A stretch of 64,000 nt of DNA from Octopus sinensis (lineage: Eukaryota), in the NCBI RefSeq assembly GCF_006345805.1, contig NC_043013.1, forward strand, positions 7,812,001-7,876,000, in the 5' to 3' direction. Position 1 is the first letter of the stretch. Every line of letters starts with the position of its first letter. The notes beneath the pieces were generated by a model, which saw only the letters and a list, made by a program, of their open reading frames with translations, was not told the origin of the DNA and made no database searches. The position numbers and the translations under genes were made by a program. Below are positions 1 through 13,437 of this stretch, piece by piece.

Positions 1-64
1 TGCATGTACTTTATATGCACTTTCTGACAAGTTGTGGTGCACCTGAGCACTGTATACAATAATT

Positions 65-97
<33 letters not shown>

Positions 98-98
98 T
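1..98 (+). mobile_element. 3' tail of CR1-like LINE ending in (ATT)n
   Basis: Near-identical to the 3' end of the CR1-like copy at 32255-32580 (tatatgcactt..gacaagttgtg..gcacctgagcactgta..caataatttcattattatt). Confidence 0.7.
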
Positions 99-150
99 GA
101 TCTAGTCTCTGTATTGCCTTATCCAATGTTTTCCTCTTCATCTGTTTCAG

Positions 151-231
151 ACTGGATTCAGTCGAGGCTTGTGTTTCGGCGCCGAAGACTTCTCGCTTGA
201 CGATCTGGACCCTCTCAATCAAAAGTCTTAA
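151..231 (+). CDS. GULP1: Terminal coding exon of probable CED-6/GULP1 PTB-domain engulfment adaptor
   Basis: Polypyrimidine tract plus cag acceptor at 129-150. Phase-0 reading TGFSRGLCFGAEDFSLDDLDPLNQKS* (TAA 229-231) resembles, from memory, the C-terminal GFxxGLxxxxxxFxLxxLDPL motif of CED-6/GULP1 proteins. Upstream exons lie outside the window. Confidence 0.6.
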   Translation, partial: TGFSRGLCFGAEDFSLDDLDPLNQKS

Positions 232-485
232 TGAAGTACTCTAAAATACATATTCAATGACCAAACAAAAAAAAAAAAAAATTGACAAAATAAAAAAAAA
301 GAAACAAGAAACAAAACTAAGAAACGAAATAAAACCACACACAAACCCTGTAACATTTTTTTATAAAAAAAAAAAAAGAAAAAAGCCATGTCTTCTTTTC
401 CGTTTATACTTTATTATTTCCTCTGAACTTCTTCAAGTTTCTAGACATGACAAGATATATTTCCTCTCATGATGCATTCAACTGA

Positions 486-521
<36 letters not shown>

Positions 522-1928
522 ACTTACATGTATATTAATTATGCAACCCAGAGAAATCTGTTTAGTCTGTACTGCTTATTAATCAAAATGATATCGTTTT
601 GTTAAGCATGTTTCATTACATGATGATAAATCTTTTTCCAAGCATAACACCTTTTAATTCTAGCTATTTTATGCTGTTAATTCAATTAAATTTAGATACT
701 ATATTTTATTTGGAAGAAAAACCAAAACATTACAAATGGCCAAAATTGCACTAAAGGAATTTATGTTCTAGTCCGAAATTCTAGCTATGATAAGGTATTT
801 AATCTTTAATCTGCATAAATCTTTAGGGTTTAAAAGCCACCAATTGCGTGCCTTTGTTGTAAAATATATTGCTTTAACAATCGCAGGTAGAAGTGAAAAA
901 CATTCCATAGATAATAGATACCTGTAAGACGCTTAGAGCTGTTTGTCTCAACACTTCAGGCTATCTACACGTTAGAAAGGTGTCGTGTCCAATATTGGTT
1001 CTTACCACAAACTGGTGGTTGGTTTCTTAAGATATGTTAAAGTGCTGCAGCTTTGAGATTCTTGTGCCAAAGCAAACATACTGATGCCGTATACCAAAGA
1101 CAGGGTAATATACACAAATATATATATAGACATATAGATTTTATTCTCTTTTAATCCACCATATATTCTCGTTCAGTGGCTTGATGTAGAAATTTCCAAG
1201 TTTGTGTCTTCTGTTACCAAGAAATTTCCAATACTGTTATCCTATTATTATCTTGTGATGTATTTTTTTCTGGGAGCTATTTTTGGCACTGGGTCTTTTT
1301 CATCAGTTTTGGAAATATTTGGGCAACAGGACATGAATGTGAGTATAAGATAAATGTGGTTGGTAGTAAAGACTTCTTGAATGAAGATTTTGTCTTAGAA
1401 GTTGCCATAGAAATATTTTATTTCTAAATATATGTCTGTCTGTCTTAAGCATTGAAGAATAAATTCTTTTGTTACCATAGTTCTGTTGAAATATATTGCC
1501 TATGTTTCGATTAGTTTTTAAAATAATGAAAAATTTAGTAAAATAACGCTGTCATTATTAAGCTGATGTTAAGAACATAAATTAAGATTAAACTTTAAAT
1601 TTTAGGGGAAGGTTTTAATTTAGATCACTTTAAAATAGGGAGTTTGTATCATAGAACAAGGAGCAATTTCAAAATGGTTAAGAGAATTATGACAGTAGAA
1701 CAGCATTGTTAGTGTAGTTCTGCTCTCAGACATGACTATATCAAAGTTGCATAGGTTTCTAGAGAAAACGGTACTTAAAAAAAGTGTTGACTGGTAAGTT
1801 TGCTTAGTTTTGATGTCGACCACTGAGCTTACATTATATAAGAGATATCAATGTTATATGACAGAGAATTTGAAAAATAGTATTTAGATCATTGAGAATT
1901 TAGTGTAAGATTGTTAAGAGTTTGTTAA

Positions 1929-2165
1929 CCCTTTCGTTACTAAACCGGCTCTGGCTCTGAGAACAAATGTCTTGTTTTCATAAGTTTTGAATTAAAATCT
2001 TCCACGAAACTAGTCACAATTAATGTTCCTAATACTAGCTGAATTATAACTATTACTAAATTTTACTAAGTTCTTTGTTTAAATTGAAGAAACATAACAA
2101 TTGTTATGTTTAAAGTAATTGAAAGAAACACAGAGCGTCTCAAAATAAATACAGTAATGAAAGGG
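1929..2165. mobile_element. piggyBac-type MITE
   Basis: TTAA on both sides (1925-1928, 2166-2169); TIRs ccctttcgttact / agtaatgaaaggg. Confidence 0.8.
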
Positions 2166-3439
2166 TTAATCATCGTTATGCCTTCATTTGGTGTCAAACT
2201 ACAAACGGCTCTATTTACTGATAATTGTCAAGACTACTGAATAAATTTGGTAAAGCTTGTAGTTACAATACAAATAGTCTGACTATGGATAAAACTGTAT
2301 TGTGTTCAACTAATCACTACTAATTAGGCAATTAAAATTTTATTGTGACAGATTGTGGCAAAGGCCTTGATACATTATGATTGTAGTATTATAGAAAATT
2401 AATTAGGAAGGTTTATTTTAAGCAAGAAACTTAACATCAAAATATGTTAGCATGCTTTATATTGCAAAGACACTTAAGGGTGTGGAACAAATGTTTTAAA
2501 TCACAAAGCATTCATGTTCATCTCTCTCCTTTTAACATGGAAAAGTATAATTTTTTAGGAGATTGGCTAAAGGAGAATGTATAGTATTATAGTAACAAAC
2601 AGTTAGGTTTCGTTCTTTAACAATTTTATCAACACTATCTATGTAAAACTTTCAGACTCCAGTATGAAACAATGAAAAATTTTATTTTGACTGTTCCAAA
2701 AGATTCCTCTAATATTTTGTGAATTTACCATATTCAAAAAAAAAAAAAATTTTAATTTTCTATAAGGATTTTCATAAAGAAAATACACATAGAATATTTC
2801 TCTCAAATCTCTTTGATTACATGGTGTTCTTGAGCGTCATTATCAAGTTAAGTTATCGGAATCATAACTTTTATTAAACGTGATTAACTATTGAAAAAGT
2901 TTTGTCATAAGTTCAAGAGATTTGCAGGAAAATCATTCAGGTGAGAACACCTATCCTAAACAGCTAAAAGTTTTTTTTTCCTTCTAAGTCATTTTTTTTT
3001 TATTCATATTTTTCTTTTAAATAATGTTTCTTACCCACCCCTCCTTTTTTTTTTATGCTCATACAGTTTAAATTTCTACCAAAAAATTTATTCTATCTTG
3101 AGTTTAACTTGTAATATAAGCTTGTTTTTAAAAAAACAAAAAAATGATAATAAATCTTTGAAATTCATAAAATTCATAAATATGATGGAATTTTTTTTGT
3201 GTTTCTCAGATGAATTATTATTATTATTTAAGGCAACGAACTGGCAGAATCATGAGCATGCTGGACAAAATGCTTGGCAGTATTTTGTCTGTCTTCACAT
3301 TCTGAGTTCAAATGTGCTGTTGGTGACATCTAAATTAAGAGAAGCCTCATGTGAAAAACAGGTAAGGGTTAATGATGGGGGAGAGTATCCAGCTGTAAAA
3401 CCATACCTGAATAACATATTAGGTGGAAGACAGGTGAAG

Positions 3440-3810
3440 GTTAATGGCAGGAAGAGTATCCTTTGGCATTATGTCATGCTTGAGAAGAAGACCCATCAAG
3501 CCAAGCAAAGTTGCAGTCATGGCAGATACTGGTGGAACGCAAAAGCACCCATTACACTCAGAGTGGTTGGCATTAGGAAGGGCATCCAACCATAGAATTT
3601 AGCATCCATTGTTCATGCTGGCATGGGTTGGACGGTTTGACTAGGCTGGCATGCTGGAGGGCTGCACTAGGATCCAGTCTGATTTGGGATAGTTTTCTAC
3701 GGTTGGATGCCCTTCCTATGCCAAATCAGACTGGATCCAGGTGCAGCCCAATCAAACCGTCCAACCCATGCCAGCATGGGCAATGGATGCCAAATGATGA
3801 CGATGATGAT
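3440..3810. mobile_element. Rearranged RTE 3'-tail copies forming a fold-back
   Basis: Sense, antisense and sense pieces of the RTE tail seen at 26410-26588; arms 3602-3687 and 3721-3790 are complementary. Confidence 0.75.
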
Positions 3811-4037
3811 CCCACCATAGAAATCGTGCCAAAATTGTAACATGAGCAAGATGCAGGTCCTGTCCTGTCTAGGTCGACAGCAACTCCAAATACGCTGTGA
3901 CTTGGACCAGCATGGAAGAAGAGACATAAAAATGTCATTTTGATAATAATGAATTATTTTTTTCCCAATTAAGTGTTCATTTTATGGCATTGATTATCAA
4001 AATGTAATTAATGCAACATTCAATAGAATATATATAA

Positions 4038-4043
4038 TTTATT
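4038..4043 (-). promoter_or_regulatory. Candidate AK6 polyadenylation signal AATAAA
   Basis: tttatt on the + strand, about 50 nt downstream of the AK6 stop codon. Confidence 0.55.
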
Positions 4044-4093
4044 AATACAAATCAGACAAGACTAAAACACAAATACTGAGATAAAAAAATATT

Positions 4094-4297
<204 letters not shown>

Positions 4298-4469
4298 TTA
4301 GAAAAATTTTTTAAATGTCAAACTCATTCATCAGTTACTACTCCAATGTTTCTCATAGACAGGAGCCAAGCATCCTGAGAGGAATAAAATGGAAAGTAGG
4401 GGAATGGGCAAATAATGATGTTTTATCAAAATCATCATCATTTAACATCCACTTTTTCGTGCTTGCATG

Positions 4470-4805
4470 ACTAAAGGGTAAAGACCCAATTCGGTCACGG
4501 GATTGCACATAGAAAGTTCTTCTCCCAGACACAAGTCTGGGCAAGTTTGCTTATGGAAGACCAGCAGTCCCCCATGCATGCCAGCCTTCTTTTCACTCCA
4601 CTGATGTTATCCAAGGGAAAGGTGAAGACTGATACAGCTCAGCACTCGTGACATTGCAACTCATTTCTACAGCTGAGTGAACTGGAGCAACGTGAAATAA
4701 AGTGTCTTGTTCAAGAACACAACACACAGACTGCTCCAGGAATCAAACTCACTACCTCATGATTGTGAGCCCGACACTCTAACCACTGAGCCATGCATCT
4801 TTACT
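4470..4805 (-). mobile_element. tRNA-derived SINE (family with cttgaacaagacacttt core)
   Basis: Minus strand has A box tggctcagtgg and B-box-like gagtttgattcc. Partial copies at about 8330-8410, 34815-34960 and 47800-47975. Ends approximate. Confidence 0.65.
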
Positions 4806-4930
4806 ACAGTCAGACAGAATTTTTACTGAGGCAGATTTTCTATGGCTGGACACCCTTGATGTCACCAACCCTCATTTGTTTCTAAAGAAGGCAATATTTT
4901 CTCATAATCAAACATGTCTTCACAGAATAT

Positions 4931-5210
4931 TATTGGGTTGTCCAGAAAGAAAAAGGTCAATAAATACTTGCCATTACATTTTTAATCAACCAAATATGAA
5001 CTATTTTGTTGCACAATGTGTCTCCATCTTTCCCTTAACTTGAAATTATCCTATTCCCAGAATTGAGGTGGTTTCATAGTAAAGAATTCATCAAGGTATC
5101 TTTTTATGTCATCCAAGGAATTGAAATTTTTACCATTAAGACTATTCTGCAGAGATCTGAATAAGTGGAAATCCGAAGGAGCAATATCTGGTGAATATGG
5201 AGGGGGGGTA
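4931..5210 (-). mobile_element. mariner transposon 3' fragment
   Basis: PPYSPDIAPSDFHLFRSLQNSL contains the mariner YSPDLAPxD motif; TIR-like tattgggttgtcc at 4931. Confidence 0.85.
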
Positions 5211-5259
5211 ACACATACAGCTAGCTGGCATTCAATTGGGGCATCAAGTTTCGGGCATT

Positions 5260-5471
5260 TTGATTGGATTTTGGATAGAAAATTCACAAAAAAGTCACTT
5301 CTATTGATTTTTTAATGGCTTTGCGGGGTGACTGGGGAAATGTAAAGATGTGCATGACCACCCTTGGACGGTTTTGAATGACCATAGAAAGTGCGAGCCC
5401 TCTAACTGAAAAATTGTGGATTTGTATAAAGGACACACACACAGACATTTTGCCGTTTATATATAGAAAGA
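5260..5471 (-). mobile_element. Helitron-like 5' fragment
   Basis: Minus strand starts A|TCTTTCTATATATAAA..(TG)n, like the 5' end of the complete Helitron at 17835-18214; no 3' CTAG end found. Confidence 0.5.
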
Positions 5472-6149
5472 TGATGCAAGATTGGTTAAAACGTGAATTG
5501 GTGAAACAATTGTAAACAATTTAGTAAAGGTAATATCACTAACTCCATTCTCTGATATTTTTACACACACACACACACAGAGAGAGGGGTGGTTGGCATT
5601 AGGAAGGGCATCCAGCCAAATCAGACTGGAGTCTGGTGCAGCTTCTCAGCCCTGGTCAAACCGTCCCAGCCATGCCAACATGGACAACAGATGTTAAATG
5701 ATGATGATGTTGACAGGCTTCTTCCAGTTTCCATCAACCAAATCGCAGGGCTCTAGTGAACAACACTTGTCCAGGGTGCTGCACAGTGAGAAACTGAATC
5801 CTGAGACCACATGGTCTGGAAGCAAGCTTCTAAGCCACACGGCTACACCTGTGCACTAAATGACCTCCATATACTCTGGTCTGAGCAAAGACAACCGAGT
5901 GAGACCAATCTGACCAAGGGGTCTTAACTACTTTTTATCTGTGGACCCCTTTGATTACTATTTTATTCTTTTAGTTGTTTCAGTCATTTGACGGTGGCCA
6001 TGCTGGAGCACCATCTTCAGTTGAGCAAATCGACCCCAGGACTTATTCTTTGTAAGCCTAGTACTTATTCTATCAGTCTTTTGCCGAACTGCTAAGTTAC
6101 AGGGACATAAACACACCAGCATCAGTTGTCATGTGGGGGGAAGGGACCC

Positions 6150-6555
6150 AGTCGAGTACCGCATTGACTGGCCTCCGTGCTGCGGGCACGTAACAAACAC
6201 CATCCGATCGTGGCCGTTCGCCAGCTTCATCTGGCACCTGTGTCGGTGGCACATAAAAACACCATCCGAGCGTGGCCGTCTGCCAGCCTCGTCTGGCACC
6301 TGTGTCGGTGGCACATAAAAAACACCATCCAAGCGTGGCCGTTCGCCAGCCTCGTCTGGCACCTGCGTCGGTGGCACATAAAATCACCCACTACACTCTC
6401 GGAGTGGTTGGCGTTAGGAAGGGCATCCAGTTGTAGAAACACTGCCAGATCTGACTGGCCTGGTGCAGCCTTCGGGCTCCCCGGACCCCAGTTGAACCGT
6501 CCAACCCATGCTAGCATGGAAAACGGACGCTAAATGAATGATGATGATGAATGAT
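6150..6555 (+). mobile_element. RTE LINE 3'UTR copy with internal tandem repeats and (GAT)n tail
   Basis: Colinear with 26190-26588 of the RTE LINE. Confidence 0.85.
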
Positions 6556-7476
6556 GATATGTGTGTGTGACAGGCTTCTTTCAGTTTCCATCCACCAAAT
6601 TGACTCCCAAGGCTATATTATTCTAAAATAATATACACCTAAGATTAATTAAATTATACTATAACACAACACACAAACGAAATATTTTCTAACACTCTAA
6701 TACAGTGTCCTAAAAGTCACTCATATAATAACGGTAAGTTGTCATTTCAGATATTCAGACACAAACCACCACCACCATCATCATCATCGTCGTCGTCATT
6801 AAACCTGCCAGAGGACTGCACTGAGCTATAGTGTCTGCTTTGGCATGGTTTCTATGGCTGGATGCCCTTTTTTAATGCCAACCAATTCATAGTGTATTAG
6901 GGGTGCTTTGTACATGGTATCAGCTCAAGTAAGGTCACCAGGTAACTCACAAAACAAGAACTGTTGGCTGGGGGCTTTGTGCCAGGTGATGAGGTCAAAG
7001 TATGACGGAGGAACAAGAACAGCTGCCTTGCTGTGGGAGAGATACATTGTTACCCCCAGTTGGAAAAGCAGAGTAACTGATTGCCACTGTATGTGCACTC
7101 CACATAACTAATGCAATGGTTACATCATCATCGTCAGCTTCATCATCATCATCATCATTTAACATCTGTTTTCCATGCTGGTATGGGTTGGATAGTTTCT
7201 TCACAGGATCTGGCAAGCCAGATGACTGTAGCAAGCTTTCCTGTCTGTTTCGGCATGGTTTCTATGGCTGGATGCCCTTCCTCATGCCATCCACTTTACA
7301 GAATGGCCTGGGGGCTTTTTTCATGTGGCGCCAGCAAGGTCTGCTTTGGCATAAACTCATTCCTCGAAGTAGGACTGATTGGCATTAAGGAAAGAAAACA
7401 GTTGTAGAATACTCGCTCCAACAATTCCTGTAAATTCTTGAAATTGCAGTCACCCCATGGGTTTAAAATAATCAAA

Positions 7477-7872
7477 GGTGCAGGAGTGGCTGTGTGGTAA
7501 GTAGCTTGCTTACCAACTACATGGTTCCAGGTTCAGTCCCACTGTGTGACACCTTGGGCAAGTGTTTTCTACTATAGCCTCGGGCCGACCAAAGCTTTGT
7601 GAGTGGATTTGGTAGACGGAAACTGAAAGAAGCCCGTCATATATATTTATATATATGTGTGTGTGTTTGTGTGTCTGTGTTTGTCCCCCCAACATCGCTT
7701 GACAACTGATGTTGGTGTGTTTACGTCCCCGTAACTTAGCGGTTCAGCAAAGGGGACCGATAGAATAAGTACTAGGCTTACAAAGAATAAGTCCTGGGGG
7801 TCGATTTGCTCGACTAAAGGCGGTGCTCCAGCATGGCCACAGTCAAATGACTGAAACAAGTAAAAGAGTAAA
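7477..7872 (+). mobile_element. Full-length tRNA/CORE-type SINE (most abundant family)
   Basis: ggagtggctgtgtggtaag head, ggttcagtccc B-box-like motif, CORE-like cttgggcaagtgt, central (TA)/(TG) microsatellite, gtaaaagagtaaa tail. Confidence 0.85.
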
Positions 7873-7924
7873 GGAAAAATTTAGCCATAATCATATTAGG
7901 TTCACTGCAAATAATGTCCATTTA

Positions 7925-8074
<150 letters not shown>

Positions 8075-9362
8075 CTATCAGAGTAGAAACAGGCTTATAG
8101 TTATCAGCAGCATCACTACCAGCACCTTCACTGCAACAACAACAACAGTAACATATGCAGTAGTAGCAAAAGGGATGATTGGGGTTACTTTTCTGCTTTC
8201 ACAGTAAGCACAGACAAAGAGTCAACGACGGGGTTTGTTTATGATTTTCTAGATCTATAAGAAATAACAACCAAATGTGTCTTTGAAAACGGGAAATAGA
8301 CATTGGATGCGGAGACTGCCCCTTCAATGACTGACTGACCATGAGATTGCACCTAGAAAGTTACCCTCCCAGGCACAAGTCCGGGCAAAGTTGTTTATGG
8401 AAGACCAGCAGATTCAGAGGTGCATATATTCCCCAACCACTAAGCCACACATCCCATTAACATAGCCACAGGTAGAATCAGTGTGACAAAGTGTACAAGA
8501 CAAGGCTGTACTTTTGAATTACAGGTAAAAATTCACTAGATGGGCTTCCACGCAGTTTTCATCTATCCCAATTTTCACTCACAATTGTGCATGATGAGAT
8601 TGAACCTGGCACTCTCTTGATTGCAAAGTGAACTCCTTAACTATTCGGCTGTATCCGTACAACATGTACCCCTATAACAAGGGAGAGGCGGAGCAGCCTA
8701 ATTCTTAAAATTGAACCGAAACAGATCGTATTTCTGGCATGACATTTCTATGAGGCATCATGACACATGTTTACCTTAGCTGAACATCATCACTGTCATC
8801 ATTTGCAGGCATGGGAAAGACAGATAGACAGGATCCGATGAGCCACAGAGCTGTGCTGGGCTCCAATGTCAGCTTAACAACAACAACAACAATCCATTCT
8901 ATAATTGGCACAAGACCTGAAAATTAAGGGGAGGGAACTGGTTGATTACACTGACCCCAGTGCTCCAGTGGTACTTAATTCATCAACGCCAAAAGGACGA
9001 AAGGTAAAGCTGACCTCAGCTGAACTTGAACTCAGAAAATAAGGATGGACGAAATGCCACTAGGCATTTTGCCCAGCATACTAACGATTCTGCCTTAAAA
9101 CAACAACAACCACAATGATAATAATAATAATCCATTCTGCTATTTTACAAGACCTGAAATTTGAGGGGAGTGGGATAGACGGTTACATTTGACTCCAGGG
9201 CTTAACTGGTACTTATTTCATTGACCCCAAAACGATGACTGGCAAAGTCAACCTTGGCAGATTTTGAAATTAGATCATCAAGAGCTAGAACAAATACGGC
9301 AAAGCATTTTTTCCCCAATGCACTCATGATTCTACCAGCCCACCACCTTAAGAACAACAACA

Positions 9363-9520
9363 GTGGAGGCGCAATGGCCTAGTGGTTAGGTCAGCAGACT
9401 CGCGGTCGTAAGAGCGTGGTTTCGATTCCCAGACCGGGCATCGAGGATCCGGCAGGGCATGGTGGTGAACCCCGCTGTACTCTTTCACCACAACTTTCTC
9501 TCACTCTTTCTTCCTACTTC
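9363..9520 (+). mobile_element. tRNA-derived SINE head (ggaggcgcaatggcc family), partial
   Basis: A box tggcctagtgg, B box ggtttcgattcc; same head as 50190-50572 and 63459-63772. Confidence 0.7.
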
Positions 9521-10253
9521 TGCCACAAAGCAGAGGAACCATGGTGTAACCCACTATGGTGTGGTAAACTTTCAGACCCTAGTCTAGATTGCGAATCCCC
9601 TGTACTTAAGGATGGTTCGGCTCTCCACCCGTTAAAAGCCACCATTTACGGAATGAGGATAACAACGTAGCTTTCACGCCCATGCAACCGCCAGTCTATC
9701 GCGTATGGTGGGTGAATCTTCAAGTTGCCACACACATTCTTAGTAGCTTAGAGTAGGCTCGAATTAGAGATTATTCTTTGTGGCTAATGGCATGAGTCCT
9801 GATTGGGAGAAGAAGATAAAAACAACATGCCAGAAATACATAATGTCTAACAATTACGTTCCACCCGTCTGTAGTAAGAACAGCTAAGTGCAGTCGGTGG
9901 TAGAGACATTCTATTACTGTTGAGATGAGTTCAACCCTTTGTGTTGCAGCAGTAATGGAAATCCAATGCAGTCATTCAACCTGTGAGAGAAGCACTTATT
10001 CTCTTTCATTCATTTCAAGTTTGCTTTTCAATCTAGCATGGCTGAGGTCAATTTCTTTATTAACCATGAGGTTGAGAAAAAGAGGGGACGATACGAGGAC
10101 AGACAAAACAAACATTGGGGTCAGTGACACAACACAATGACTGTAGTCAATATGGCTATTAGTCTACCAATCAACTTACTTTGAACATCACAGATCAAGT
10201 GTAATGATCTGACATAAACACAGGGTCTATATGACTGATTTGAAGCACAGCTA

Positions 10254-10442
<189 letters not shown>

Positions 10443-10469
10443 TTATTGATATTTATTATTCAAAACAAA

Positions 10470-10770
10470 TCATCATCATTTAATATTTGCTTTCCATACT
10501 GGCATGAGTTGGATGGTTTGAAAGGAGCCAGCAAGCCAGAGGGCTGCACCAGGATCCAGTCGCCAGTTTTGGCAAGGATTCTATTGCTGGATGCACTCCC
10601 TAAAGCCAACCACTTTACAGAGTGTGCTAGGTGCCTTTTACGTGGTGCCAGCAAGGTACACCTTATGTGGGACCAACACAGATGCTCTTTACATGGTGCT
10701 AGTACAGTTCTTTTCATGTGGCACTCTTCACATGGGGTTGGCACAGGTACTTTCCACATGGCACCAGTAG
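10470..10770 (-). mobile_element. Diverged RTE 3'-tail copy
   Basis: (atc)n tail then the reverse complement of the tail motif ggatgc..tcc..gccaaccact. Confidence 0.7.
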
Positions 10771-11523
10771 CTTAATAATAAAGATTTCTCCCACTGACAT
10801 AAGGTCACAATCTGTGTGTAAGGAAACAGGTATAGTCAATCGAACTGACAAATACAAAACACATGCATATTTTATTGACCCCTAAAAGTATTTGCACTCA
10901 AAACAGATGGAGGTAGGGGGCAGAGCAAAGGATACCACTAGGTATCAACTCTAATATTCTTTTCTGCTGCTCTACCGATAACAATAACATCAATAATAAC
11001 AGTTTCAAGTTTTGGCACAAGGCCAGTAATTTCAGAGGAAAGGTAAATCCAAGTGAATTATATCAACCCCAATGTTCAACTGGTACTTATTTTATCGACC
11101 CCAAAAGGATGAAAGGTGAAATTTGAGTGTAAAGATGAATTTGATTGTAAAGATGAACAAAATGCCGCTAAGCATTTTGCCCAGAGTGCTAATGATTCTA
11201 TGAACTCATCATAATAATAATAATAATAATAATAATCCTTCTTGCTATCGGCATAAGGCCTGAAATTTTGGGGGATGGGGGGTGGGTCTAATCAACCCCA
11301 AAAGGATGAAAGGCAAAGTCGACCTTGGCAGAATTTGAACTCAGAACGTTAAGGCAGACGAAAACCCGCTAAGCATTTTGCCCGACATGCTAACAATTCT
11401 GCCAGCTCACTACTTTAATAATAGTAAACCATTGCACTATAGGCACAAGGCCTAAAATTTGGAGGAGTGAGGATAGTCGATTACATCAACCCCAGTGCTC
11501 ATGTGGTACTAAATTCATCAACC

Positions 11524-11562
<39 letters not shown>

Positions 11563-11566
11563 TAAT

Positions 11567-12005
11567 GGAGTGGCTGTGTGGTAAGTAGCTTGTTTACCAA
11601 CCACATGGTTCCGGGGGTTCAGTCCCACTGCGTGGCATCTTGGGCAAGTGTCTTCTACTATAGCCTTGGGCCGACCAATGCCTTGTGAGTGGATTTGGTA
11701 GACGGAAACTGAAAGAAGCATGTCGTATATATGTGTGTGTATATATATATATATATGTATGTGTGTGTATGTTTGTGTGTCTGTGTTTGTCCCCCTAGCA
11801 TTGCTTGACAACCGATGCTGGTGTGTTTGCGTCCCCGTAACTTAGCGGTTCGGCAAAACAGACCGATAGAATAAGTACTAGGCTTACAAAGAATAAGTCC
11901 TGGGGTGGGTCGATTTGCTCGACTAAAGGCGGTGCTCCAGCATGGCCGCAGTCAAATGACTGAAACGAATAAAAGAGTAAAAGAGAATAATAAAGAGTAA
12001 AAGAG
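11567..12005 (+). mobile_element. Full-length tRNA/CORE-type SINE
   Basis: Colinear with 7477-7872. Confidence 0.85.
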
Positions 12006-12699
12006 TCTCAGAGAGCACATTATATATCTATGGTTCAGTGTTGAGGAGAATTTAAAGGTTTACGTTACCGCATGCATCGGGTTGATCGACAGAGTAGAAC
12101 TAACCGAATGCTCAGCACGATTTAATCAACTGTACTCCTCACTTGGATATGTGTGGGCAAGAAATTATCATCATTGTTGTTGTTATTTACACAAAATACG
12201 ATCTTCTATAATTAATCTTGTGTTGGGACACATGTGCTGATTGGTAAGTTATGTCCCTTGAAACATAAGCCGACCTGCTTTAGGTCGGTCGGCCACCGTA
12301 TGTCATTTATTATGAAAACAAAAGATTGGATTTAAACCAACATCCTGATCTAATGCGCAGTTTTGGATTTTCAGCTTGTCTTATCAAAGTCCACAGTTGT
12401 AGCAGACCTTGACACTGATAGCTGACAAAACATTCGTTAATTTCACAATGCTGCCGCTGTTTATTATGACGAGTTGTTCCTTCCCACCTTGAAGTACCTG
12501 TTCACAAATAGGTAGATGAGGCCCATATAAGGGTTAACGTGTTTTAACCGCAGACACAATACTGGGGCAATGACAAGATACGAACTACCAACGTTTCAGT
12601 GACGATGTCTTGGTGGAGTTTAAAATAGAACGCACAATCAGCAAATTAAAATAATTTAGTTTTAAATTAATCTGAAATCCTGCTAGATACGAGGAAGAT

Positions 12700-12880
12700 A
12701 AATCCTTTCTACTACAGGCAGAAGGCCTGGAGTTTTGTGGGGAGGCGGACAATCGATTATATCGACCCCACCCCCGACTTGACTGGTCCTTAATTTATCG
12801 ACCCCGAAAGGATGGAAGGCAAAGTCGACCTCGGCGGAATCTGAACTCGGAACGTAGCGACACACGAAATACTGCTTAGT
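12700..12880 (-). mobile_element. tRNA-derived SINE (ggcagaatcgttagc / ctttcatcctttcggggtcgataaa family), partial
   Basis: Matches the full copy at 33474-33701. Further partial copies at about 3231-3345, 8880-9350, 10990-11520, 20175-20340, 20720-20930, 53880-54020 and 62995-63330. Confidence 0.75.
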
Positions 12881-13400
12881 ATAAATAATTCCATATGTAA
12901 ATATAATGCAGCGAAGAGAATTGTCTGATGTGAAAACCGTGTGGAGAAATTGAAATAGTTTACACACCAAGATAATTCTTCGTTTGAGCCAAAGAAGAAG
13001 AACATTCAATTTCCGAGGAAGTCTGAAGACAAGAATTGGTTCTTAACGAAAAGATGGATTAGCTTTTAGGCCAGGATATGTTGTCACTTCGAGAAAGCAG
13101 CATTTTATGGAACACCTGTCGTAATAATTATCTGTTAATTAAGGCAGAGATCACAACTCCGATACAGAAATCGATTCCAAAGCATTGATACATCGGAATC
13201 GAAACGGATTTGTGATTTTAAAACACCCAAAAAAAATTCGTATACTCGATATAAAATCGCGATCATTTGATGTAAAGACCCGGTAATATTAAAAGAAAAC
13301 AACAGATATAAAAGGCTGAAGGCAGCTGAATTAATTGAGGCTATATTTGTTAAGGCTAGAGGGGAAACCAAACGGTAAATAAGTGATGGAAGTCGCTGAC

Positions 13401-13437
13401 CTGTTATCAAAATATTCGGACCACGTGTAGATGCCAT
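13401..13437 (-). CDS. AK6: AK6 coding exon 1
   Basis: aagATGg start; MASTRGPNILIT-G matches the AK6 N-terminal PNILxTG; gtcagc donor in phase 1 joins exon 2 in frame. Confidence 0.9.

Noticed and set aside
6097-6533. CRISPR-like look and overlapping ORFs in the 55-60-nt tandem units (also 26096-26549, 44787-45242)
   Set aside because: Units are contiguous with no unique spacers, lie in an RTE 3'UTR of a eukaryote and have no cas genes nearby; the ORFs are repeat artefacts.
9520-10200. Possible decayed LINE endonuclease (DEFNP..SNGN..) after a SINE head
   Set aside because: Motif similarity is too weak and interrupted to support without an HMM search.
12010-12640. Unique island with two small hairpins (12264-12283 region) as intronic snoRNA or TAF9 exon
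   Set aside because: No convincing C/D or H/ACA boxes with terminal stems and no TAF9-like translation; may be an old TE.
13020-13070. CTGAAGA..aagaa/ttctt..GAAA hammerhead-like spacing
   Set aside because: No G10.1-C11.1 closure, no stem I or III, no UH triplet.
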